A stretch of DNA of 10,110 nt from Candidatus Thorarchaeota archaeon (GTDB taxonomy: Archaea; Asgardarchaeota; Thorarchaeia; Thorarchaeales; Thorarchaeaceae). Shown in pieces: positions 1-5,777 of this stretch. Both the position numbers and the translations under genes were made by a program. Within the stretch, counting starts at the first letter, position 1. Each line of letters begins with the position of its first letter. Location of the stretch: NCBI GenBank assembly GCA_048882325.1, contig JBHLRS010000007.1, positions 113,895-124,004 of the forward strand, written 5' to 3'. The notes under the pieces are model-generated. The model did not search any database and was not told the DNA's origin. It was given only the letters and a program-made list of their open reading frames with translations.

Positions 1-1
1 T

Positions 2-49
2 CATGACGTAGACCATGACATGGATCATGACGTAGACCATGACATGGAT
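2..49 (+). repeat. Perfect 24-nt tandem repeat (catgacgtagaccatgacatggat) x2, plus a partial third copy (catgat) at 50-55. It encodes the (HDVDHDMD) repeat inside the NfeD-like CDS.
   Basis: Bases 2-25 and 26-49 are identical by direct reading. The repeat runs off the 5' edge of the window, so more copies may lie upstream. Confidence 0.9.
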
Positions 50-610
50 CATGATGTTCCAGACGACAAGTCTGGAATTGTAGAGCACAGCCATGAATTA
101 GATGTCGAACATGACATACCGCATGTCAAGTCAGGATTCTTTGAAACAGAGAGAGGAGCCCCGATGGGCGTCACAATTGGAACCTCACTCGTGACATTCG
201 GATTCCTCGGATCCATCATTTATTATGAGGGGGTAGTGTTCCCACTCATTGGCAAACTAGCGGTTCATATTGTCAGTGTTGCAGTCATGGTCTATGGGGT
301 TCGCACTGTACTGAGAAAGGCATTTATCGAATCCGGATTTATGATAGAACCGAGACATCTTGTCGGAAGAGAGGTTAAGGCAGTTTCAACAATCAACGAT
401 GGTTTTGGTGAGGTCAGACTCGAAACTGAGATGGGCCTTCGTCGCTTCCATGCCAGACCGTTTCAGAAGGGAGTTGTGTTTCAGAAGGGAACTGACCTCT
501 TCATAGTTTCTGCGGATGATAAGTTCGTCTATGTTGATCCACGTAAAGATGTAGTTAAGTGGCTCTATAAGCAGAGTAAGAAACCAAAGGAATCTAAAAA
601 GAAAGAATAG
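2..610 (+). CDS. NfeD-like membrane protein, short form, 5'-partial. An N-terminal His/Asp-rich repeat region is followed by 2 TM helices and a C-terminal OB-fold.
   Basis: The frame is open from base 2 to the TAG at 608-610, with no upstream stop in the window, so the gene probably starts before the window. The first in-window ATG is at 20. The hydrophobic stretch GVTIGTSLVTFGFLGSIIYY...VHIVSVAVMVYGV is consistent with two TM helices. The C-terminal part (EPRHLVGREVKAVSTINDGFGEVRLE...GTDLFIVSADDKFVYV) has the soluble beta-barrel/OB pattern typical of NfeD/YuaF-type proteins. The gene lies directly upstream of an SPFH/flotillin gene, which is the canonical NfeD-SPFH pairing. Confidence 0.7.
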   Translation, partial: HDVDHDMDHDVDHDMDHDVPDDKSGIVEHSHELDVEHDIPHVKSGFFETERGAPMGVTIGTSLVTFGFLGSIIYYEGVVFPLIGKLAVHIVSVAVMVYGVRTVLRKAFIESGFMIEPRHLVGREVKAVSTINDGFGEVRLETEMGLRRFHARPFQKGVVFQKGTDLFIVSADDKFVYVDPRKDVVKWLYKQSKKPKESKKKE

Positions 611-820
611 TGTGTTTCTGCGCAGATTTATATCCCCTCAAAACTAGTAGTAAACAAGTGACTTCGTAGGAAGGCTACCAACAGATCTGAGAGAGATGCG
701 TTGAGAGTGGAGTTCACAGACGAACGAGTCAGTGTAACGAAGCACGAGGTGCAGCCTCAGATTGTAGTAGGAGTTTTGAACGAGGGCACAATCACAGATA
801 CGATGTGAGAAGGAAAACAG

Positions 821-2152
821 ATGCAAGCAAGTATAATGGACTGGTTCGCAAATAACCTCGCTTTGTCCATAGGTCTTTTGATAATAGTCTTGATATTACT
901 CGGAATGATCTATGTCAGAAAGTATGTCCGAATATTTGACCCAAACATCTTCTACGTACACCTGCGACGTGGCAAAGCCATAAAGCAAGGTGAGGGTGGT
1001 ATGGTCATTCGAGTTCCTTTCTTCGATCGCATTCTCGCTGTCGATAGAACTGTACAGCAGTTGAATATATCAGCTGAGTCAGTACTGTCAAAAGAGAAAC
1101 AGAAGATTCGATTGAGTGCTGTTTTGCAGTGGCAAGCAGAAAATGCTATCGCCACTATCAACAACGTCACATGGAAGGAGATTCCAAGTAGACTGACCGC
1201 TATCATCGAATCGGTCATTCGTACGGCATGTGCGCAGCTATCAGTTGAGGAAATTCTAGAAGAACGTCAATTGATCATCGAGGCTATCAAGAAAGAGCTC
1301 ATAGATATCGTGTCAGAGTGGGGTTTGAAGGTAGTAACCGTTGAGCTGGTCGATGTTGTCGTTGTTAACGAGTCATTCCTGAGAGACATGTCAAAACCAC
1401 GTGAGGCAGAAATGCACCGTCTGGCTCAGATTGCGCTCATTGAAGCTGATCAGGCCACTGGTACAAGGGATATCGAGAGAAGCAAGGTGCTTCGTGAACA
1501 GGAAATTGCTCGTGACAAACTGATTGGTGTGCAGGAACAAGAGCAGCTTCGTCACATACAAGAGGCTGAGAAACAGCGTGAACAGAGTGTACTGGAAATA
1601 GCCCTTCAGAAGGACCTAATGCAAAAGAAATATGAGAAGCAACAGGCGGAGGTCGAGGCTTCTAAAGACCTTGAGGTTGCCAAGTTAGGTGCTGAAGCTG
1701 AGAAGCAGCGTAAGATTAAGCAAGAGGTCGAAGTACAAGCACAGCGGATTGTTCAAGAGGCAAAAGCTGAAGCTGACAAGATAAGCATGGTCGCTGAAGC
1801 TGAAGCTGGTCAGATCCTTAAGGTCACAAGTGCTCAGGCTGAAGGTATCAAGAAAACTCTTGAGGCTGCTCGTGACTATTCACCACAGGCCTTTGCTAGA
1901 GACTTCCTTCAGATTCTACCTGAAATCTACAAGCAGATAGACATCGGTGATGTCACACTGTTTGGCGGTGGTGCTGGTGGAGCTGGCCCAGAAGGTGAGG
2001 AAGGTGGAGGCGGAGCTCAAGCATTCCAAGTGTTCGGAAACGTACTCATCCCTATGATGCTCATGGCTCGGATGATGGGTTTTGACTTCAAAGGTCTCAT
2101 GAAGGACGCACTGGGTGACATGGGTACAGACGAAAAGTCTAGTCAGAAATAG
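821..2152 (+). CDS. SPFH/Band-7 family protein, flotillin-like (FloT/YqiK-type). It has an N-terminal membrane anchor, an SPFH domain, a long Glu/Ala/Lys/Gln coiled-coil and a Gly-rich tail.
   Basis: The ATG at 821 is preceded by gaaggaaaacag, an SD-like GAAGGA about 7 nt upstream. The N-terminal hydrophobic helix is LALSIGLLIIVLILLGMIYV. The SPFH core is ...IRVPFFDRILAVDRTVQQLNISAESVLSKEKQKIRLSAVLQWQ.... EA-rich heptad repeats (AEAEKQRKIKQEVEVQAQRIVQEAKAEADKI) are typical of flotillins. The tail is Gly-rich (GGGAGGAGPEGEEGGGGA). Confidence 0.9.
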   Translation: MQASIMDWFANNLALSIGLLIIVLILLGMIYVRKYVRIFDPNIFYVHLRRGKAIKQGEGGMVIRVPFFDRILAVDRTVQQLNISAESVLSKEKQKIRLSAVLQWQAENAIATINNVTWKEIPSRLTAIIESVIRTACAQLSVEEILEERQLIIEAIKKELIDIVSEWGLKVVTVELVDVVVVNESFLRDMSKPREAEMHRLAQIALIEADQATGTRDIERSKVLREQEIARDKLIGVQEQEQLRHIQEAEKQREQSVLEIALQKDLMQKKYEKQQAEVEASKDLEVAKLGAEAEKQRKIKQEVEVQAQRIVQEAKAEADKISMVAEAEAGQILKVTSAQAEGIKKTLEAARDYSPQAFARDFLQILPEIYKQIDIGDVTLFGGGAGGAGPEGEEGGGGAQAFQVFGNVLIPMMLMARMMGFDFKGLMKDALGDMGTDEKSSQK

Positions 2153-2160
2153 ATATAGTT

Positions 2161-2216
2161 GGCGGGGTGGAAATCCTCGCCAGCTAGCACTCCTGGAGCT
2201 TCCAGATGGAGGCTCC
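2161..2216 (+). other. Two adjacent GC-rich hairpins in the convergent spacer between the flotillin gene and tusA. They are possible transcript-end structures but lack T-tracts.
   Basis: The first is GGCGGGG-tggaaat-CCTCGCC at about 2161-2181, a 7-bp stem with one G.U pair. The second is GGAGCTTCC-agat-GGAGGCTCC at about 2195-2216, a 9-bp stem with one G.U pair. Neither is followed by a U-run. Confidence 0.3.
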
Positions 2217-2233
2217 CAGGACATCAGCACGTG

Positions 2234-2473
2234 TTACTTTACACGTCTGATGAACCAAACCAATTTATCGCCTTCCTCAACGAGTTCAATGATCTCATTC
2301 CCAGTTCTATTGGACCAAGATGGGAAATCTTTCTTTGTTCCTATGTCAGTGGCGATAACCTTCAGGATCTCACCAACTTGAATTTCTTGGATCTCTTTCT
2401 TTGTCTTTAGGATAGGCATTGGGCATCGGAGCCCACTTGCGTCAAATACTCTTGCTACTTGGTGCTCGGTCAT
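2234..2473 (-). CDS. tusA: TusA-like sulfur-carrier protein (SirA/YedF/YeeD family) with a CPxP active-site motif.
   Basis: The 79-aa product aligns motif by motif with E. coli TusA as I recall it. The segment ...FDASGLRCPMPIL... matches the TusA segment LDALGLRCPEPVM. The segment ...GEILKVIATDIGTKKDFPSW... matches [20 protein letters not shown]. The size, about 80 aa, is typical. Confidence 0.85.
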   Translation of the reverse strand: MTEHQVARVFDASGLRCPMPILKTKKEIQEIQVGEILKVIATDIGTKKDFPSWSNRTGNEIIELVEEGDKLVWFIRRVK

Positions 2474-2605
2474 GGTAAATCGCCTTTCGTCGAAAACTGA
2501 CGTGTTTTATTCCTTTCTATGCGACAGTGATACTGAACCATCTAAGATATGTGCATGTACAAAATTCCTGCACCACAACCAGACCCGATGTTCCTTTTCA
2601 GACAA

Positions 2606-2625
2606 ATTTATTAATTATTATCAGG
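2606..2625 (+). promoter_or_regulatory. A/T-rich TATA-like box (aaatttattaattattat) about 30 bp upstream of the ATG at 2653. It is a candidate promoter for the membrane-protein/DsrE-like operon, in the divergent region shared with tusA.
   Basis: TTTATTAATTATTA lies 28-45 nt upstream of the ATG at 2653, and the ATG is preceded by caggtgacc (AGGTGA, SD-like). The spacing fits an archaeal TATA box with a short-leader transcript. A bacterial -10 reading is also possible. Confidence 0.3.
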
Positions 2626-2652
2626 CGGATTGCAAAAATACAGGTGACCAAA

Positions 2653-3051
2653 ATGGCCTTGTTCCAACTAATCTTGTTCGTCCTCTTCTCACTAAACCTA
2701 AGCGTGATGTTCTCGGGCTTATTGTTGGCTAGGAGGATGGGCTTCTATTTGATGCCGCAGGTCATGATGCTCATGCTTGGCATGTTTGTTGGCATTGGTG
2801 TACTACTAGTAGGACTCTTCTTGCCAACTTTCGCTATAGCTGGAGTCGATCTGCTCTTCATACTACTAATCGTGGACCTTGTACTGATACTTTTGGCGGC
2901 TCTGATGCAGTTCCTTCAGGTGTTGCCAATACTCATGAAGACTATGCAGGGCGGTCCATTCCATAGCTCACACATCACCAACCTCTTGGTGACCCTGTTC
3001 TTGCTTATTGGATTGGTGCTCTACTACGTTGACTTGGTTGCACTACCATAG
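2653..3051 (+). CDS. Hypothetical small integral membrane protein, about 132 aa, with 4 predicted TM helices and no cysteines.
   Basis: The ORF is open from 2527, but the first 42 codons run through the A/T-rich promoter-like region. An ATG at 2653 with an upstream AGGTGA is the more plausible start. There are four hydrophobic segments. A VDL motif recurs in helices 2/3/4 (GVDLLF, IVDLVL, YYVDLV). The gene ends 13 nt before the DsrE-like gene, which suggests an operon. Confidence 0.5.
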   Translation: MALFQLILFVLFSLNLSVMFSGLLLARRMGFYLMPQVMMLMLGMFVGIGVLLVGLFLPTFAIAGVDLLFILLIVDLVLILLAALMQFLQVLPILMKTMQGGPFHSSHITNLLVTLFLLIGLVLYYVDLVALP

Positions 3052-3064
3052 GAGATGAAATGAT

Positions 3065-3430
3065 ATGGCAAACAAACTTTACATAATCGGGCAGTGGGGC
3101 CCTGAAGCTGCTGAACGGTGCTACGGCCCATTCGTCACTGGAACCACTGCACAGGCTCAGGATGTCGAAGCAAACATCTTCCTTATGATGGATGCTTGCA
3201 TGCTAATGAAGAAAGGTATGGCTGAGAAGGTGAAAGCCCCAGGTTTTCCACCACTCCCTGACCTGATTGATGCTTTCCTAGAAGCAGGTGGTAAAATCCA
3301 AGTCTGTTCAAACTCCGTTGAGTTTAGGGGCATTAGTCAGGAAGACTTGAGAGATCCCAGAATCGAGATTGCTGGTGCAGCCACCATGATCGATGATGCT
3401 CTCAATCATGACACAGTAATGACTTTCTAG
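3065..3430 (+). CDS. DsrE/YchN-like (DsrE/DsrF/TusD superfamily) sulfur-relay protein, 121 aa.
   Basis: GGAG at 3051-3054 sits 10 nt before the ATG. The product aligns with E. coli YchN as I recall it. FLMMDAC matches FLMSDAV, KIQVCSNSVEFRGIS matches VKLCKTCTDGRGIS, and the C-terminal ...VMTF matches ...VLTF. The conserved Cys is in the 'VCS' position. Confidence 0.75.
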   Translation: MANKLYIIGQWGPEAAERCYGPFVTGTTAQAQDVEANIFLMMDACMLMKKGMAEKVKAPGFPPLPDLIDAFLEAGGKIQVCSNSVEFRGISQEDLRDPRIEIAGAATMIDDALNHDTVMTF

Positions 3431-3440
3431 AGAATGTTAC

Positions 3441-3472
3441 TGAGGGGTTTACCCCTCACACTTCTTCTTTTT
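3441..3472 (+). terminator. Intrinsic-terminator-like hairpin plus T-tract downstream of the DsrE-like gene.
   Basis: TGAGGGG-ttta-CCCCTCA is a perfect 7-bp stem with a 4-nt loop at 3441-3458. It is followed by cacTTCTTCTTTTTc at 3461-3472. The structure lies in the 56-nt convergent spacer before the kinase stop. Confidence 0.55.
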
Positions 3473-3486
3473 CAGAAATAAATTAA

Positions 3487-5271
3487 CTACACAAAATCAG
3501 GATAACAATTAGTCATGAGGAGATTCAAGACCGAACTCCTGATTGCACCTTCGGAGATGAAACCAGTCAGTTCACGCTCACAGATCTTGATGTAGGGCAA
3601 CATAGGAAGTTCTTCAGTATTAACATCGACATCTGGATCATCGACATTGATTGTTTCAACCATGCTCCGAGGGACACCCATTGAGTCCAGTACAGCAGTT
3701 AAGATTTCCATAGCAGGATCACAGAAAACACAATGATTAGACTTGAAAAAGGTGATGCAAGTGTTACGCCCACAATGGAGTTCGGGAGCTTCTATCCACA
3801 GAGGTAGTAGCAAAATAAAACGAGCACCTTGAGAATGGACTCCATTTACTCGGTCTTCCACACGAATCTTGCCCCCGATGTTCTTTACAATCCTGTCAAC
3901 AAGTGTGAGACCAAGACCTCGGCCAACAATCTGCTCATCGGGGCTACCTGTTCTTCTGAAAATGAACTCCTTGGCACTATCAGGCACTCCCGGTCCCTGG
4001 TCAATGAACTCAATTCGAAGCATCTTCACTTCATCAGCAACCTCCGCTTTGACTTCCACCACAACATTGTCATGCTCGTCAAATGTCATTGAGTTGTGAC
4101 TTATGTTGAAAAACACCTGCTCCAGATACTGGTGCCCCGCTACGTCAAATTTCCCTTTCTCGATATTCGTAGTCAAACTAAGAGTCTTCCAAGGGAAGTC
4201 TGCTTTGACTCGTTCAAGGGAGGACTGAAAGTAATCATAGATGTCAACCTTGGTTCTTGTTGGTGGGTCATTAGCCAGTCTGAAGAGTGACCTTAGATTC
4301 GCCACCATCCTTGCAGCACGTCTGACATTCCAGCTCGACTCGTGCAATAAGGGGCGATACTGTTCGGGGATGTCTTCTGAGTTCTGCAAAAGACCTGTTG
4401 AGAACAACAGACTCTGATTCACGTTATTGAGATCATGAGTCATAACTTCCAGATACAGGTTTGCGCGATCACGTTCAGTCTGCTCCCTTGCTTCCGCATT
4501 CTTTCGCCGATCAATATCTAGAGCCATCAAAGCGATTGTTGAGGATTGGTCAGGATACTCAAGTAGGTTTGCTGTGACACTTACCCAGTTCGAGCGTCCG
4601 TCTGCAGTCTTCATCTGCATCTCAAAGTCTTCTACACTCTTTCCGTTTGCTGCTTCAGAAATCATTTGACCTACGATTTCTTTAGCAGTACCGTTGGGCA
4701 GAAAGGATGAGAAGTTCCTCCGAAGTAAATCCTCCTCTTTGTATCCTAAAAGACGAGTTGCTGCTTTGTTCACTTGCAAAACATTACCCATTAGACTCAG
4801 TGAAAAGTATGCGATTGGTGAAGAATCGAAAAGTGCACGGTATCTACTCTCAGAAGCGTCAATTGCCGCCTCAAGCTCAACTTGTCTAGTAACGTTTCTC
4901 ACAATGCCCATAATGGCTGGTTTTCGCGAGAGAGCGAAGTCTGAGGTACTGATCTCAACGTGGATCACATCTCCATTCTTCTTTAGAAACCGTGCCCTAA
5001 ATGCTGGTCGACCACTCTGTCCCCAGTTGAAGCCCTCTTGGACCTCAGTGAACTGATGCGCAGTCGTAGGCTCGAGAAGATCTGTTATGGGTTTTCCTTC
5101 AAGACTAGCGAAGTCGTATTCCATCATTTCAAGAAATGCTGGATTCGCCATGATGATTCTATCATCCTGTAAGATGATAATTCCATCATTCGCCAACATC
5201 ATCATGCCAAAGTACTCATCTTCGACATTGGTGGCGTTCTTGTTTTGTTGACCCTGCAACTCGTATTTCAC
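3487..5271 (-). CDS. Sensor histidine kinase. It has two PAS domains, a HisKA-like DHp with an H-box at H279, and a HATPase_c domain, fused in frame to a C-terminal thioredoxin-fold domain carrying C-x4-C-x9-C-x2-C.
   Basis: PAS-like blocks span about residues 25-127 and 138-257. The H-box is EVMTHDLNNVNQS, with the His codon at 4435-4437. The N-box is FFNISHNS, G1 is IDQGPGV and G2 is GRGLGLTLV. The HATPase domain ends at ...ARFILLLPL. The chain then runs directly into WIEAPELHCGRNTCITFFKSNHCVFCDPAMEIL...VETINVDDPDV...LPMLPYIKICERELTGFISEGAIRSSVLNLL. That tail follows the beta-alpha-beta/CxxC layout of small archaeal thioredoxin/glutaredoxin-like proteins (compare the Methanocaldococcus Mj0307-type sequence ...FTSPMCPHCPAA...INV..NP...VPTIVING...FIG...). 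The first codon is GTG at 5269-5271, immediately after an in-frame TAG. An alternative ATG start is the MMM triplet at 5197-5205. Confidence 0.8.
   Translation of the reverse strand: MKYELQGQQNKNATNVEDEYFGMMMLANDGIIILQDDRIIMANPAFLEMMEYDFASLEGKPITDLLEPTTAHQFTEVQEGFNWGQSGRPAFRARFLKKNGDVIHVEISTSDFALSRKPAIMGIVRNVTRQVELEAAIDASESRYRALFDSSPIAYFSLSLMGNVLQVNKAATRLLGYKEEDLLRRNFSSFLPNGTAKEIVGQMISEAANGKSVEDFEMQMKTADGRSNWVSVTANLLEYPDQSSTIALMALDIDRRKNAEAREQTERDRANLYLEVMTHDLNNVNQSLLFSTGLLQNSEDIPEQYRPLLHESSWNVRRAARMVANLRSLFRLANDPPTRTKVDIYDYFQSSLERVKADFPWKTLSLTTNIEKGKFDVAGHQYLEQVFFNISHNSMTFDEHDNVVVEVKAEVADEVKMLRIEFIDQGPGVPDSAKEFIFRRTGSPDEQIVGRGLGLTLVDRIVKNIGGKIRVEDRVNGVHSQGARFILLLPLWIEAPELHCGRNTCITFFKSNHCVFCDPAMEILTAVLDSMGVPRSMVETINVDDPDVDVNTEELPMLPYIKICERELTGFISEGAIRSSVLNLLMTNCYPDFV
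3490..3798 (-). other. C-terminal Trx-like domain of the histidine kinase (residues about 492-594), containing CVFC plus an upstream HCGRNTC pair.
   Basis: Domain boundaries come from counting codons from the start at 5271. The W492 codon maps to 3796-3798. There is no internal start, RBS or stop between the HATPase domain and this domain, so it is a genuine in-frame fusion in the sequence as given. Confidence 0.6.
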
Positions 5272-5388
5272 CTAGACGTGTCTGAAGTCACTTCATCTGC
5301 TCTTGCGCCATGGATGACTCCTAAATTATCCACATATAGGTTGCTTGTGTAAATCGATTCAGTAGGAAATATTCCTTAACAGAATTTC

Positions 5389-5438
5389 TTTTATAGTGTA
5401 CAAGAAAACATTTTAACATTTGAACAAACGTTGAAATG
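5389..5438 (+). promoter_or_regulatory. Candidate promoter and operator for the arsR-like/ATPase operon. It has a TATA-like TTTTATAG at 5389-5396 and an imperfect 10-2-10 inverted repeat at 5417-5438 that overlaps the first ATG.
   Basis: TTTTATAG lies about 40 nt upstream of the ATG cluster at 5436-5453. The inverted repeat is CATTTgAACa-aa-cGTTgAAATG, with 8/10 positions complementary. A direct repeat AACATTT is at 5407 and 5416. TGAAC...GTTCA-like cores are typical of ArsR/SmtB operators. Confidence 0.3.
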
Positions 5439-5777
5439 ATGTGTGGCATGATGGCAGCAGTTAAACGCAATGCTAAGACAAAAATTGAATTCAAAGAGAA
5501 CGAACTGGAAGATGTACTCGATATCTTCCGAGCGCTATCAGATCATTCAAGAGTTAGGATAATATCTGCACTCACAAGTCAAGAAGAACTCTGTGTTTCA
5601 GATATAGCAGATTTGTTGGATATGCCAATCAGCCGTGTGAGCCATCATCTGAGTACGTTGAAGATGTTAGGCTTTGTGAGAGCAAAGCAGGATGGAAAGC
5701 AAGTTTTCTACAGTATAGAAGATGACTGTATCACCGATATCATGAAGAGGGCATTGGATCATGTCGCAGGAAACTGA
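5436..5777 (+). CDS. ArsR/SmtB-family metalloregulatory transcriptional repressor.
   Basis: The winged-HTH block is ELCVSDIADLLDMPISRVSHHLSTLKMLGFV, with the ELCV(S/C)D alpha3 signature and the recognition helix SHHLxxL. The C-terminal ...YSIEDDCITDIMKRALDH aligns with the CzrA/SmtB alpha5 metal site (YSLGDEHIRQIMMIALAH). Several in-frame ATGs at 5436, 5439, 5448 and 5451 leave the exact start ambiguous. The 3' end overlaps the ATPase start by 17 nt. Confidence 0.85.
   Translation: MMCGMMAAVKRNAKTKIEFKENELEDVLDIFRALSDHSRVRIISALTSQEELCVSDIADLLDMPISRVSHHLSTLKMLGFVRAKQDGKQVFYSIEDDCITDIMKRALDHVAGN

Noticed and set aside
644-826. 60-aa minus-strand ORF in the nfeD-flotillin spacer
   Set aside because: It overlaps the flotillin start. 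It has no RBS or promoter context, and its composition looks like translated non-coding sequence (a Leu/Ser/Arg-rich reverse-frame artefact).
1600-2040. Repetitive GCTGAAGCTGA... and GGTGG(A/T)GG stretches in the flotillin gene
   Set aside because: These are coding low-complexity from the EA-rich coiled-coil and the Gly-rich tail of a flotillin. They are not an independent repeat element.
952-2230. Minus-strand ORFs 952..1218 and 1916..2230 inside or overlapping the flotillin gene
   Set aside because: They are antisense to a well-supported long CDS. Their products are Cys/Ser/Arg-rich with no recognisable motifs.
2115-2410. Plus-strand ORFs 2115..2381 and 2159..2410 overlapping tusA
   Set aside because: The opposite strand encodes a protein with clear TusA motifs (RCPMP). 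These two are shadow ORFs.
2472-2732. 86-aa ORF (2472..2732) and the extended start of the membrane-protein ORF at 2527
   Set aside because: Both run through the A/T-rich divergent promoter region and have poor coding character. The ATG at 2653 with an upstream AGGTGA is a more credible start for the real membrane-protein gene.
3829-5056. Plus-strand ORFs (3829..4092, 3869..4099, 4096..4290, 4694..5056, 4707..4889) inside the histidine kinase gene
   Set aside because: They are antisense to a 594-aa CDS with complete PAS/HisKA/HATPase motifs, and they have no motifs of their own.
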